Shown: in pieces, positions 29,790 through 43,335 of the stretch | How positions within the stretch are numbered: the stretch's first letter is position 1 | Layout: each line of letters opens with the position of its first letter | Assembly (NCBI RefSeq): GCF_006345805.1 | Contig: NC_043000.1 | Location: 103,416,001 to 103,480,000 of the forward strand | Direction of reading: 5' to 3' | Source of the DNA: Octopus sinensis | Lineage: Eukaryota | DNA length: 64,000 bases | Translations under genes and position numbers: made by a program | The notes under the pieces: model-generated | Database searches by the model: none | Told to the model about the DNA's origin: nothing | What the model saw: only the letters and a program-made list of their open reading frames with translations

Positions 29790-29997
29790 AATTAATACTA
29801 TTTGTACTTGGAAGATTATCACATATATAATTTTTGTATTTCTGTAACTGGAAGAGCTATGTATGTATGTCACGAGGTTTCCAGACATAAGTTCTACTCA
29901 CATGTCAAGTTTCATCAAAATCAATCAAATGATGTAGGAGGAGTTAAGTTAGCTAATAACGCTACAAACAAACACACGCCGATTTTCCACATATGTA

Positions 29998-29999
<2 letters not shown>
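29790..29999 (+). mobile_element. Possible non-autonomous Helitron-like 3' end
   Basis: aagtttcatcaaaatc....acaaacaaacacac...ttttccacatatgtagtata resembles recalled ends of non-autonomous rolling-circle elements; no hairpin verified. Confidence 0.25.
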
Positions 30000-30038
<39 letters not shown>

Positions 30039-30042
30039 CACA

Positions 30043-30533
30043 TATAACTAATGTAGGATAAATTTTTTTTCGGGAAAAATGGCCAGCATATCAAAAAATA
30101 CCTTTAAAGGTTAAATTTATAAAATAATTTACAAAATAAGGGCAAAAGAAAAATTCTAATGCCAAATATGCCGAAAAAAAGACAAAAATTGTCAATAACC
30201 ATTATAATTTATGCGTCTCGAAACAAACCGATAGAAATTTCTAAAAAATCCGTTATTACCGTATTGGTCCCAATTTCGGGGTTAATTCATAAGAATTTTC
30301 CCCTCTTCAGCGATAAATACGTGTGATATAAGTGAAATACTTACTCATACCCATGGAAAAAGCAAGCACTAAGTTCTGAGCAGACCTAAGTACCCCAAAT
30401 ATATCCAAAATAGAAAATCCTCGGCACATCTCGAGCAACGTGTGATTCGAACTAGAAACTTTCACAGAGTGAGAGAATCCGGAAGTGAACACTATTTAAT
30501 TTATAACTTAATGTAGGATAAATTTTTTTTCCG
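30043..30533 (-). mobile_element. 460-bp unit with ~30-bp terminal direct repeat, containing an HHR
   Basis: tataact(t)aatgtaggataaattttttttc(c)g at 30043-30072 and 30502-30533 (offset 460); embedded in (TA)n on both sides. Confidence 0.7.
30257..30315 (-). ncRNA. Type I hammerhead ribozyme, intact core
   Basis: Minus strand reads UAUCG-CUGAAGA-GGGG(AAAAUUCUUAUGAAUUAA)CCCC-GAAA-UUGG GA CCAA-UA|CGGUA. All three stems pair; predicted cleavage between 30262 and 30261. Confidence 0.85.
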
Positions 30534-30535
30534 AA

Positions 30536-30575
<40 letters not shown>

Positions 30576-30892
30576 CATTATATTCGCGCATGCGTGTGTC
30601 TGAGTGTATATGTGTGTCTGAAATTAGATAAAAGCCCAAGTGAAGCCCAAGTGAAGCTACACACATAACCATACATATATTTCTGTTTATATATGTGTAT
30701 GTGTGTGTGTCAGTGTGCATCCACCTATGTGTCTATGTGTGTGTGTATGTTTATACGCGTGTTTGTCCATGCGTGTTTGTATATGTGTCTGTGTGTTTGT
30801 ATGTGAGTCTGTGTGTGTCACGTGTGTGTGTATGTGAGAGAGAGTACGTGTGTGCGTGTGTGTGTGTGTGCGTGTGCGTGTGTGCGTGTGCA

Positions 30893-30932
<40 letters not shown>

Positions 30933-31561
30933 CGCGCGCGTGCGTGTGTGTATGTGTGTGTGTTTTTTCCCTCCTCGACGAAGGTCTGCCATTAATTAAA
31001 GCAGTCCAGAATTTTTTTTTCTCCATCTATTGCTTCTATGTTATTTTTGTTTAAACCAGTCGACTCGCTTCACGAGACGCTCACGCACTCTCTTCTCCCC
31101 TGCCTTTAGCTATGACCCGGACGCAAGCATAACAAGATGACCTAACAAGCAATTACGCGAGTGCACAGTTAATATCTTCATGGTGTTACATACTCTAAAG
31201 TGAATATAAAAAATTAAAAGAAACAGCCACCGTATATTTGATATCATTGGTCTTGCATTTCCTTGCAAAGCGATCCACTAAAGATTCTAATTGTTTTCTA
31301 TTTAGTATATCCTGTCTCGTGAGAAATTTCAGGAAATGTCGTCTCGTTCTTATGAAAACCGAAACTTTGCCTCGTTAATTATTTTAATAGTCAATGCTAA
31401 AACGTTACCCATGTGCACTAGTGATGTTTATTAGGAACCTTAGTCGAAAATCTAGTCGTGCACTTATCTGTGTGAAGGCGTGTTTGCGCCCACTTGCGTG
31501 TTATGCAACTATTTACGTACACACATCTGCATAAAACCCCAATCCATCCCCCACACACAGA

Positions 31562-31607
<46 letters not shown>

Positions 31608-31633
31608 ATATATATATGTATATGTATATGCAT

Positions 31634-31674
<41 letters not shown>

Positions 31675-32052
31675 CATACATACTCAATATGTACTGCTAA
31701 TTATTACATACCCTTGAATAGATATATATCTTTAGATATTAGCATGATATATACGTGTATATGTGTGTGTGTGTATGCATGCATACATACACACGCACAA
31801 ACACATATACACATACAACCACACACACACACACACAAGCTCGCGCACACTCACGCACACACACACACACTCATACACACACACACATGCATATACGCAG
31901 AAGCTGATTGCAGAGCAGTGTCAATGAATAAATATTTCGATAAGAATTAAGATTCAACGTTTGAAAATCATGCATCTTCTTGCCGCATATCCGCGCACCC
32001 AGTCCCCCATATAATGTGTGAGCGCGTGAGAGAGTCAGAAAAAGAGCAGGAA

Positions 32053-32086
<34 letters not shown>

Positions 32087-32212
32087 AAAGAAAAAGAAAC
32101 AGACAGAGTTGTCCTAAAAACTATTATCATGCTTTTTTTTTCATATTTTCTTATCAATTCCAATTACTTTGGAAAATATCAGTCCTGAAATACATCAATA
32201 ACTCTAAACATT

Positions 32213-32430
32213 CGCAAGGCGGTGAGCTGTCAGAATCGTGAGCACGAGGGAAAAATACCTAGCAGCATTTCGTCCGTTTTTACGTTCTGAGTTCAAATTT
32301 CGCCGAGGTCGAATTTGCCTTTCATCCTTCCAGAGCCGATAAAACTAGTACCAATTGAGTATTGGAATCGATGTAATCGACTTACCCTTCCTCTGAAATT
32401 GCTGGCCTTGTGCCAAAATTCGAAACCAAT
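32213..32430 (+). mobile_element. SINE family B immediately upstream of the PLE
   Basis: aaggcggtgagctgtcagaatcg...gaaattgctggccttgtgccaaaattcgaaacc. Confidence 0.85.
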
Positions 32431-32559
32431 ATACACTGGCGAAAATAAATTTAGACCGATGATAAAAGTTCTATTTCTTACAAAATATTTTGTTACTAAC
32501 ACCATAGATACAGGCAAACAAAATAACACAGGACAGGGAAGAGAAACAGAAACTAATTA

Positions 32560-34814
32560 AAGTCATCAATTTAACCAATACAGAACCCAACCCCAACCTT
32601 CTCAACTTACTCTCCAAAGGTCTTAAATTCACACCAACCCCCCCACGTCCAAACTACAACGAAATGAAGGAAGACATTACAGAATTTTGTAGAAAATTGC
32701 GACTTAGTGAGGAACTATTCGACCAGCACAATGAGGATGAGTCACTAGCTAGAAATAAAAGCAACTACACCCCACCAAAAGGTAGAAATAAAATCCTAGA
32801 CGAATTCTGTGAGCACATTACAAACTTCTCCTACCAACACTTACACAAACCAAAACCCAAACCAAACCTCAACAAGAAAGAGTGGGAAGAATTAAACAAA
32901 TTAAAAAATGAAAGATCTATCACCATTAAAGAGGCCGATAAGGAAGTGCAGCAGTAGTCTTAATGGAGACAGAATACTATATCAACTTAGCACTCTCCAC
33001 CTTGGAAAATGGAACATATTACGAAAAGGCTGAACACTACAATCAACAGAAAATTATGAGAAACTTAAAAACCCTGATCAACCCCACAAAGAAGAACTCA
33101 CTAACAAAGAATTCAACTTCATCACAAATTTCACTAGTAAAACCAGCCTCTTCTACGGTATTCCCAAAATTCATAAAAGCGAATTAATAAGTAAGGCATG
33201 CAAGGAAGCCACAAACTCTGTAATCAATGTCCCCTCACCAAATGACCTCAAATTGAGACCTATAATAGCAGGTCCCGCTTGCGAAACCCACCGCCTTAGC
33301 AACTTCATTGATACCCTTCTCAAGCCCTTCCTCAAACACATTAAAAGCTACATAAGGGACGATCTAGATATGCTCAACCACCTCCCCAATACACTTCTTG
33401 CTAAACAAACCCTGCTAGTAACATTCGATGTAGTTAATCTTTACTCCAACATCCCCCACAACCTAGGAATAGAAGCTATCCAATTCTGGCTGGATAATTA
33501 CTCCAACGAACTCCCACACCGCATCAAAAAGGAATTTATTTTAGAAGGACTCAAATTCATCTTAGAGAATAATTTCTTCACCTTCAACAACAAATTCTAC
33601 AGACAGAAATCAGGGACGGCAATGGGAAGGAAAACAGCTCCCACTTACGCCAACCTAGTCATGGGATACCTGGAAATCACCCTCTATAATAACGTTCTTA
33701 AACAATTTGGCACCACTCTCCACACACACATAGAGAAGAACTGGAAGAGATATCTTGATGACTGCTTCATCCTTTGGCCCGAAACTATCGAGAAGCTTAA
33801 AGAATTTCACACCCTTATAAATGGGCTCAACACAAACATTATTTTCACAATGGAATACAGCCCTCAACAAATTCCCTTCCTCGACATCCTCATTAAAATT
33901 CACAACAAAAAAATAGAAACAGACATATACTACAAGCCCACAGACTCCAAGCAATACCTCCCTTTCAATTCATGCCACCCTAGACACGTTAAAAAATTAA
34001 CATTCCCTACAACTTAGCCAAGAGAATTTGCACTATAGTCTCCAATAAAAACACCCGTCTCTTACGTCTACAAGAACTTAAGGACACATTAACAAGCAGG
34101 GATTACCCCACGTCACTAATTGACAATGGGATCCAACGCGCCCTAAAACTCAGCACACAGGAACTTAGACGCCCTAAACCTGTTACATCGAAACCCCATA
34201 CTCTACCATACATCTCTACACACAACCCCCTCAACAATGAAGCTTTTGACACCATCCTCCAGAACATTCCTGTATTAAAAAAGGACCATAGAATGAACCA
34301 AATCCTCCTAACACACGAAATCATAAAGAGCAAAAGGCAACCCAAATCATTGAAAACCATCCTAACAAATGCCAAAGTACTGCCAACCACAACAACTAAA
34401 CCCACAGTAAACAAATGCAATAAACCCAACTGTGGTATATGCATCAACCTAATAGAAGGTCCGGAATTCCTTTTTAAACAAGGACAACGTTTCACAGTAA
34501 AACACAACTTCACATGCGCATCAGAAAACCTAGTATATGTCTTAACTTGCTCGGGCTGTAATGAACACTACATAGGCCAAACTAAAAATAGCCTCCGCCA
34601 ACGCATGACTGTCCACAGATCCCAAATAAAAATACAGGAATACAGAAAAATAGCACTTAGTGCACATATTGATACCTGTGCCGCACAACTTCATCCCAAT
34701 TTTAGAATCTTTCCCCTCTACAAATTTAAAGACAATGCCACTCATACCCAGCGAATAACCATGGAATCCCACCTTATTAATAAATACAGACCACTTCTAA
34801 ACACATCCTCCTAA
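32560..34814 (+). mobile_element. Penelope-like retroelement (RT + GIY-YIG endonuclease), near full length, split by a few frameshifts; Neptune-like linker
   Basis: N-terminal VINLT..LLSKGLKFTPTPP, DKG-x-AVV, FYGIPKIHK, RPIIAG, FDVVNLYSNI, GTAMG, RYLDD, FLDI, YYKP and SCHP motifs across ORFs 32664-34017. ORF 34293-34814 has a CNKPNCGIC linker and LVYVLTC..C...YIGQT (GIY-YIG). Clade assignment is inferred. Confidence 0.95.
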
Positions 34815-35113
34815 CACGAACCCACAACAAACACACTTACACCTACACACACCCTACACACACTTTTACCCAGATATTAACACCATGACACACGCAAATA
34901 TATGGTTCCACACATACACATAATTTGATACGGGTGCAAAACATCCAACACTATTTTTTGGAAATGACTGTAAATATTGACTTCACACAAACACGTTGCT
35001 TCCCGATACAGGCACAAGGCCAGCAGAACTATAAATATTGAAAATTGTACCCACACACGCACACATATATACACGCGCGCGCGCCCCAACATACATATAA
35101 ACACACACACACA

Positions 35114-35170
<57 letters not shown>

Positions 35171-35269
35171 TACATACATATAGCTCTTCCTGTCCTAAAC
35201 GAACTTACTTATCCAGCTCAAATTCAGTCAAGCGGAAAATACACTCCTTAACTACGCGCTAAAAAGCTA

Positions 35270-35640
35270 TTTAAAATATCCACATGACGTCTACTGACCA
35301 GCCTGAACAATAAGAATTTTCAACAACGCTATTTTCGAAAACTCTATACACCACCCACAACAACATTCATTCTAAACATTTACGTGACCTCTCTATTATG
35401 ACCACATCCACGTGACCTCTTTATTATGACCAATAAGAATTTTTAGGCGCGACACTAGCCAAATTTTAACATCTCTGGAGCCTATTTTCTTACCCCAACA
35501 CCAACTTCCATTCAAACATACACGTGACCCCTTTATAATGACCAATCAAAATTGTATTGACCATTGTCCACAAGAAATTGTAGGCGCGAAACCAAGCAAA
35601 TCTTAAACAACTCTGGAGCCTCTTTTTTTCCACATATAAG
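35270..35640 (+). repeat. Diverged tandem subrepeats in the putative PLE 3' UTR
   Basis: cgtgacc.ct.tatta(a)tgacca x3; taggcgcga...aaat.ttaa..a.ctctggagcct x2; aataagaattttt x2. Confidence 0.75.
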
Positions 35641-35820
35641 AGACAGCAAACCCAGCATAAAGTCAGATAAGAGAAAAAATCTATCAGAAAGGAACTCTAT
35701 CTCTCTTAAAAAATTATCTTTTGATAAGCATAACAAATGCGCAACCGGTAAAAAGAACTTTCACCTAATTAAATACACTCTCCCTTACTTAAATTATTTT
35801 GTCAGCATTTTCTTCATTTC

Positions 35821-35853
<33 letters not shown>

Positions 35854-37052
35854 GGAGGGAGACAGAGAGAAAGAGAGACATACCTGCATATATATATATA
35901 TATACATACACGAACGCTCACGCACACTCACTGACAATCAGAAAGACCGACAGATCGACAGATAAACAGACAGGTAGATAGGTAAAAAGAAATCCCTACT
36001 CAACATCATTTATGAATGTGTGTGTGTGTGTTGCACAGACTCATTTAGATTTTCTCATTTGTATGTATTTTGTTGTTTTATTTTTATAGTATCCCTTTTC
36101 TCTCTGTGCACATAGTTTTTACTTTATACATTATTGACTTCTCATATTTGGTTTCTTAAAGATCCACAGCTGCTCCTTTGTAATTATATTTAATTTTATT
36201 ATATTTATATATTTTGTAGCATTTGGTCCCTCTTTCTGAATAGAGTTCTGGGTTCTCAATATAGTTTCTTCAGTTCACTTAATCTCCAATTTATTATGTT
36301 AATGTTTATATACTGAAAGTCTGTCGTACGTAAAAACTTATTTCTGGCATTGAATTAGTTTATTTTTTATTTTTCTAGAATTTGTTCTAATTTTTAAAAT
36401 CATATTTTTATGATCTATCTTATCAGCTTCATCTCATAAATTTGTAAATTGGTAAATTATTGTGATGGATATTTCTTTTTAATTTTCTTAATGAAAGCGG
36501 ATAAATTGCAATTAATTGCAGTTTTAATTAATTTGCCTTGCTTTTTTAAGTAGTTTTGGTGCATTTGACTAATTGATCAACATAATTTTCAGTTCATTTT
36601 CCGAATGGGTGTAGTCTCATATGTGCATCATACATACATTTCGTCTTTATCGTTAATTTAGGAAGAAAGATAATTCTTTTCAGCGCCCCCGAGTCTACTG
36701 AAGAAGAATGCATCTTCAAACTAAAGACCTAACCAAAATGCTTGCAACCGGGTAAGTTCGTCAGTAAAAGGAGCCCAGCGGCTAGATGCTAATGTTAAAC
36801 CGAAGGATGGAGCACCATGGCGGTACTTGAAACCAGAATGCAGAGAGCCAGATCAAATGCCATAAAACATCTCATCCGACTCTCTGACAGCTCTAACTAT
36901 GACCACCACCATGGTGACATGTAGACTGAGGAGGATCTTGTAATGACCAGAGGATTGGATTTTATCTATTTTTTCCTTTATCTTGCAGTGTTATTGATAT
37001 TTCCATCTGATATTGTGTGGTCAATACAGTCATAATATTGAATATGTATATA

Positions 37053-37597
37053 TTATAATTAGAGCTCAGAAAAGATTTGCTTTACTACATACCGAAGTTT
37101 AGAAATAGCAGCCAGAGAACCTTATTTCCTCTACTTTAAAAAGAGATTCCCGGACAAAAACAAAGTACTCGAAAACAATCCACGCAGGCAGAGATGAAGA
37201 ATAACGAAAATCAATCGATATTTGATTACCCATGTATGCGTTTCAGAATTAGTTCGGTATAAAGAATGTAGAATTTATATTTTACCCGGAACACTTTCTT
37301 CGTCAGCATGGAACTTCACAATATAATATAATATTAAACCCGGAGGCAATGGAAGAATCTAATGTACCTTTCCAACTAACAGAATTAGACATACTACATT
37401 CAACGTTCAATACCGCCGAATTCAAAAACATACGAATGAGGTTCATCACCTTCCCCTGCCTGTCCACGTGTATCGTCAAGTAAAAATCCTACAGAAAAAA
37501 AACTTTTTAAAGTAGAGGAAATAGCTAAGGTTCTCTGGCTGCTATTTCTAAACTTCGGTATGTGGTAAAGCAAATCTTTGCTGAGCCCTAATTATAA
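37053..37597. mobile_element. MITE-like element with ~90-bp terminal inverted repeats, carrying an internal HHR
   Basis: ttataattagagctcag.aaagatttgctttac.acataccgaagtttagaaatagcagccagagaacctta.ttcctctactttaaaaag (37053-37143) is the reverse complement of 37503-37597. A lone diverged arm occurs at ~58329-58423. Confidence 0.85.
37230..37311 (-). ncRNA. Type I hammerhead ribozyme, one substitution in stem III
   Basis: Minus strand reads CCAUG-CUGACGA-AGAA(...GUUC..GGUA/UACC GAAC...)UUCU-GAAA-CGCA-UA|CAUGG. ACGCAU is one CpG-type change from the palindrome ACGCGU. Confidence 0.75.
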
Positions 37598-37717
37598 AAT
37601 ATTATTATAAAATATTACTTAAATTTACCGAGAAATGTCCCGTTTCATGCCGAATTCTACTTGGTGAAATTATTGATAACTAGTTAATTAATTTTACCCT
37701 TTGTTATTATATATATA

Positions 37718-37756
<39 letters not shown>

Positions 37757-40190
37757 TGTGTGTGTGTGTGAATGTATGTATGTATGTATGTATGTATGTA
37801 AGTATGGGATGAGGTTTCTGGTTCATAAACTGAAAATGGTAAACTAAGAATTAGAATTAGCGACATAGCTGAAGTACTAACAAAATAAAGTTTTGAACTA
37901 TTAACCCTTTGTTCTCTTTCCTCTTGTAAAACAATGTAATTTAAATTTAATTGGTCTCATCACGCGCCATATTTCTAGGTTTATGATAATGCTGACCAAT
38001 GGCAAAAAATTAAATAGTTCTAACCTGAATCCGAAATTGAGCTATGGAAATAAAATATTTTTTTTATTTTCCTGTATTGTACAACAATCGAAATATACAG
38101 TTACAAAAAAAAAAGAATTAATGCGATTTTGTGATGTTTATACCTATCTTAAGAACATTAATCCAGTAACTGAAATGAGGTGGCTCCAATCGTGTATCAA
38201 ACCTGAGTCTAGGTTTCTAATCACGGGAAGCATTCTTTCCCACTATGAAGTTTATGGCAACCGGTCATATTGTAATATATAGCCTGAGATCATTTGTGTT
38301 TAGTAAATAATTTGGACAGGCTCGAATGCCTTTGACTGAATATGTCCTAAGTCAACATTGAGTAGATGCATGATCAAAGATATTTCACTAGTGCCCATGC
38401 TGCCCGTTCCTCTAACACTGTGTAGTGTAAGAACCACGTTAGCAATATATAATATATTATTTCCTTTACTAGAGACGGTAAAGGATGTAATTTGAAAGAA
38501 ATTTGACTGCTACCTCTAGTAGGTCGAGAGTCTACATAGAGCTACTCCTGTTTAGGCACCCCATACTGGTACATTACAATAGAGAGAGCTCAATAGGTTA
38601 CCAGAGAATGCTTACAGTGCCTCGCTTAAAATAAAGTAAAATTGTAGTTCAGAGACATGGATAGACACCAGCATGGTTGTGTGGTTTAGAAGCTCAATTT
38701 GTAATCATGTCTTTCGGGTTCAGTTTCACAGCATGACACTTTGGGTAAATGTCTGCCATAGCGCCGAAACGATCAAAAGACTTGTGAGTGAATTTAGTAG
38801 AATTCTGTGTGTGTGTGTGTTTGTACATTTAAGTCTGTGTTTGTACTTTCGACCACTACTTTACAACCAGCGTTAGTTTGTTTACATCCCCGTATTTCAG
38901 CCGTTCAGCAAAAGACACCGACAGAACAAGTACCAGAATTTTAGAAAATTAGAACTGGGGTTAATTTGTTTGACTATAATTCTTCAAGGCAGTGCCCCAG
39001 CATGGCCGCAGTTCTAGTGACTGAAACAAGTAAAAAAAAACGATAATTATATAACAGCATGGTTAGAGGAAAAGAAAAACAAAAAGCAAAAGTATTTTGG
39101 CTGCTTTGTCTTCGCACTGACAGTTTAGCACGCTTTGCTCACGTTCTGTCCACCATAGTTGCCTGCTATTACAACATGCTTTGGAGGAAATACCAAACTC
39201 CACCTAAAAGTGAGGGTCACTTACTACGACAACTTCCTCTTCCGAGTGGCCTTCAATGGATCCTTAAGTGGTCTCACATTTTTTTCTTTTCTTTTTTCTT
39301 AGTGCATATTTATACTTTACATTTTGCTAATGTTTCTTTTACTTTCTCCCTTTTCATTTACTATTATTATCATCATCACCGTCGTCGTCATCATCATCAT
39401 CGTCGTAGTTGTCGTTGTTGTGGTTGTTATTCACGTGAATCAAAGAATTACATGCACATATGAGCCCTGCTTTCATGTTGCTATCATGAAGAAGTGTGGG
39501 AGTGACTATGGATAATCGGAATGTATCACAGAGGCGCCGTCGTGGCGTATGTTCTTTGGGCATTTAAATCTGGTGAAGCCCGACACTCTCGAGGTCATAT
39601 CACAGAGTTAGAGAGAGAGGGAGAGAGAGAGAGAAAGTGAAAGAGAGACAGACAAAGACACAGAGGGATAGACAGACAGATTCTCTCTCCCTCTCTTTCT
39701 CTATCTCTCTCCCCTCTCTCTCTTTCTCCATCTCCCCTTCTCTCTCCCCCTCTTCCCTCTTTCTCTCCCTCTTCCCCCTCTCTCTTTCTCTATCTCTCCC
39801 TCTCTCTCCCTCTCCCCCTCCCTATCTCTGTCCTGGATATAACTTCAAACTGCAACCGGTGGTGAGGCTTTGATTCGGAAGTTCCAAGGTTTTAAGGAAT
39901 GCGGAACTACCTCTTAGCTATTCTTGTCCCCAGATCTGCTCAGACCCAGAGTAGTAGCACCTGTCAGGACCCCAGTTACGCGTTAATCAGCATATTAGGG
40001 TTTGCCTACTTATGCCTGTAAAAATTTAATCCTGCAGACTCTGCGGAAGAAACCTTCATGGTTCAACGGAAGGGAAAGCGGCCGCAACAATGCATTAGAA
40101 ATGCAGAGAGCAAAATGAAGCAAGCAAGACATGTTGGCCATCCACTGCATCCGTCTCCGTCCCCAATTTTCTTGACTTGATCTTACCTAT

Positions 40191-40420
40191 TTCTTTATTA
40201 CCCACAAGGGGCTAAACACAGAGAGGACAAACAAGGGCAGACAAACGGATCAAGTCGATTATATCGACCCCAGTGTGTAACTGGTACTTATTTTATCGAC
40301 TCCGAAAGGATAAAAGGCAAAGTCGACCTCGGCGGAATTTGAACTCAGAACGTAACGGCAGACGAAATACCGCTAAGCATTTTGCCCGACGTGCTAACGT
40401 TTCTGCCAGCTCGCCACCTT
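40191..40420 (-). mobile_element. SINE family B
   Basis: Full head-to-tail alignment with 24256-24486. Confidence 0.9.
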
Positions 40421-41537
40421 TGACCTGATCTTACCACTGCGCTGAAGATGGTCACAGACGAGAGACTGAAGTTGAAGTACGCAACAGTTTACTCTAAGCA
40501 AAGTCACTGTGCAAGTCATCTGTCATGGTTATCGATGGTCCCCGTCACTCTGACAGACGAACATATCCATGTGTGCGCGCGTGTTTGTGTATGTGTGTGT
40601 GATAGACAGGTATTTATCAACGCCGAAAGGATGAACGGCAAAGTTAACTTCGGCGAGATTTGAAGTCAGAGCTAGGACGAATACCGCTAAGATTTCTGTT
40701 ATAATGTGGATCCTTGTCCACTCGGCACTGTAATATTCTTGTCGCCACTATTATGTTGTGGATGTAATCCGCGTCTTCTAATCTTTGACTTGTCAATCGT
40801 GTTATCGCGAAGAGCTCCGCAAGACAGTGACTTTCAAACGTCGTATAACACGTAACAGACACTGACTCCAACTGAGAATTCGTACAAATTTACTACTACT
40901 GAGCTCCTACAACGACTGACTGTCTGACTTTATAGTGGCTGATTCATACCACTTTGTCACATAGGAAGCGGAGTACCATTTTCACTACAATATCTCCCCA
41001 TTTATTTTTGTTTTTCTTTGGGAAGCAAGTAATTTCATTTTACTTTATTCACCCCTTCTCCCATTTTAGCGTTTTTTTTTAGGTGTTTTTTTTTTCAACT
41101 TAATATTTTTCATTTTAAGTCCGCGCAAATTCTCAGTTTATTATTTATTATTTACTTTTCGTTACATAAACCGTCGGAGCTGCCCATTCTGAATGGTCGA
41201 CTTTTTCAATTATTGCTAGACTTTCTAGTCTTTCCAGCCTCTTTATTGACGTGGTCTAACGCCGCAAACTACACGTTCCGTTTGGGCACTATGGCTCATG
41301 TAATCACCGCTACCACAATTTCAAGCTTTCTGCCTATAGTAGAAAGAATTATTATGATTATAATGAAGTGGTGGTGGTGGTGGTGGTGGTGGTGGTAATG
41401 GTGATGGTCGTCGTCATCGTCGTGTTATTGGAGGTTGATATTTTTATTGTTGTTTAGCTCCAGCTACAGCCACCTCAGGCTCGACTTTCGTTCAGGTATC
41501 TAAGATTACATTATCCAATGTGTTCTTTGGTTTTATA

Positions 41538-41762
41538 GAGCTGGCAGAAACGTTAGCACGCCGGGCGAAATGCGTAGCCGTATTTCGTCTGCCGTTACGT
41601 TCTGAGTTCAAATTTCGCCGAGGTCGACTTTGCCTTTCATCCTTTCGGGGTCGATAAATTAAGTACCAGTTACGCACTGGGGTTGATGGAATCGACTTAA
41701 TCCCTTTGTCTGTCCTTGTTTGTCCCCTCTGTGTTTAGCCCCTTGTGGGTAGTAAAGAAATA
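41538..41762 (+). mobile_element. SINE family B
   Basis: gagctggcagaaacgttagcacgccgggcgaaatgc...cctttcggggtcgataaattaagtaccag...gtgggtagtaaagaaata. Confidence 0.9.
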
Positions 41763-42202
41763 TATAATATGGCGAGGTGAAATTTGAGAGAGGTTTGTCT
41801 GTTACTGGTCATATAGTCGCATTCCCGTGATGTTGAGCGGGCTAGTAGCGACAATCTATTAACACCAGACAAAAGTTATCAACCTTCTGCAATGCAATGT
41901 CATACTTGGTTAAACCTGAGGGCTGCGACAGGCAGGAAACTTACATGTCTATAGTTTTTCACTCTTCAGTTTTATCAGAGAATGTTGTTTATTCACAGAA
42001 ATATTGAACAAAGTATATATTCTCTTTCTCTCTCTCCCCCCTCTCCCTCTTTCTCTCTCTCCCTCACTGTGTGTGTGTGCGTGTGTGTGCCTTTCATTTT
42101 CTCTCTTACTCCCTTTTTTCAGCCTTATCTGTCTCTGTATTCGTCGAAATGGTTCCTTTCCATTAAACACACATACACACACACGCGCGCACACGCACAC
42201 GC

Positions 42203-42304
<102 letters not shown>

Positions 42305-42889
42305 GAGAGAAAGAGAGAAAGAGCGGCTTGCAGCTTCTCACGTTCTAAGGAAATCGTGTTGTAACATGGGGATCCGTAACGCGAAGCCTATTTTCCTTCT
42401 GACTACCATGTTCTTTCGTGTTCTATCCTATCGTTATTGAAATAAAAATACGGTCATTTTTATGCACGAAAATTAAGGTTTCATGTATGTATGTCTGGTT
42501 GTATGTATGTATGCATGTATACCTGTATGTATGTGCGTACGTACATACGTATGAATGTATGTATGTACTATTATTGGTAATTTGTCTCAGGTTTATTCAT
42601 ATTCCTGGCTGAAATTTATGTGAGTAACGGATTACTACCTGTAACCTTATGTATTCACAAGATTTCAATGGTCTTTCAAGTGCTTAAAACTCTCTTGATA
42701 ATCTTTCCTGTCCCCAAGAGACAAACTTTCTGTAGAAGCTCTACCGAACATTCTTTTCTAATCTCCTTCAACCATTTGTCTATATCTTTACTTACAGTTC
42801 CCAATGCACCAATTATAACAAGCTCAACTTTTTAACAGTTTTCAAATTCCAAATTTTTTCAATTATTATCATTATTATTATTATTATTG

Positions 42890-43335
42890 TCATTTACTTT
42901 TAATCTGCATGTTTGATGCAATCACTTGCCGGGGCACACCCAGCGCCCTAGGGCAAGTGAAGGTTAAGAGTTGTTGAAATATAGCTGAAAGCTTGGGGAG
43001 CGGAAGTAGAGAAGTATCTCCATGTAATACAACACAAACATTTACATTGATAGGGTTTTTCTAAGGATGTGGGCAGTACCTGTTAGCACAATCTTTTGGA
43101 TTTCCTTGAGACATGGTTCTTCAGGGATATTGTCTAGGTGTTTCTGACATTCCTTTTTTATCATACCTAGGGTACCTACAATAACAGGAACAGTTTTTGT
43201 TTTAAGATTCCACATCTTTTGTATTTCGATTTCCAGGTCCTTATATTTACTAAGTTTGTCAAATTCCTTTATAGATATATTTTTTTCAGTGGGGACGCTT
43301 ACCTCTATTAGTCTGCAGGTATTTTCTTCCCTGTC

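Noticed and set aside
41935-41975. Minus-strand CUGAAGA with acatgt
   Set aside because: Stem II is weak and GAAA is missing.
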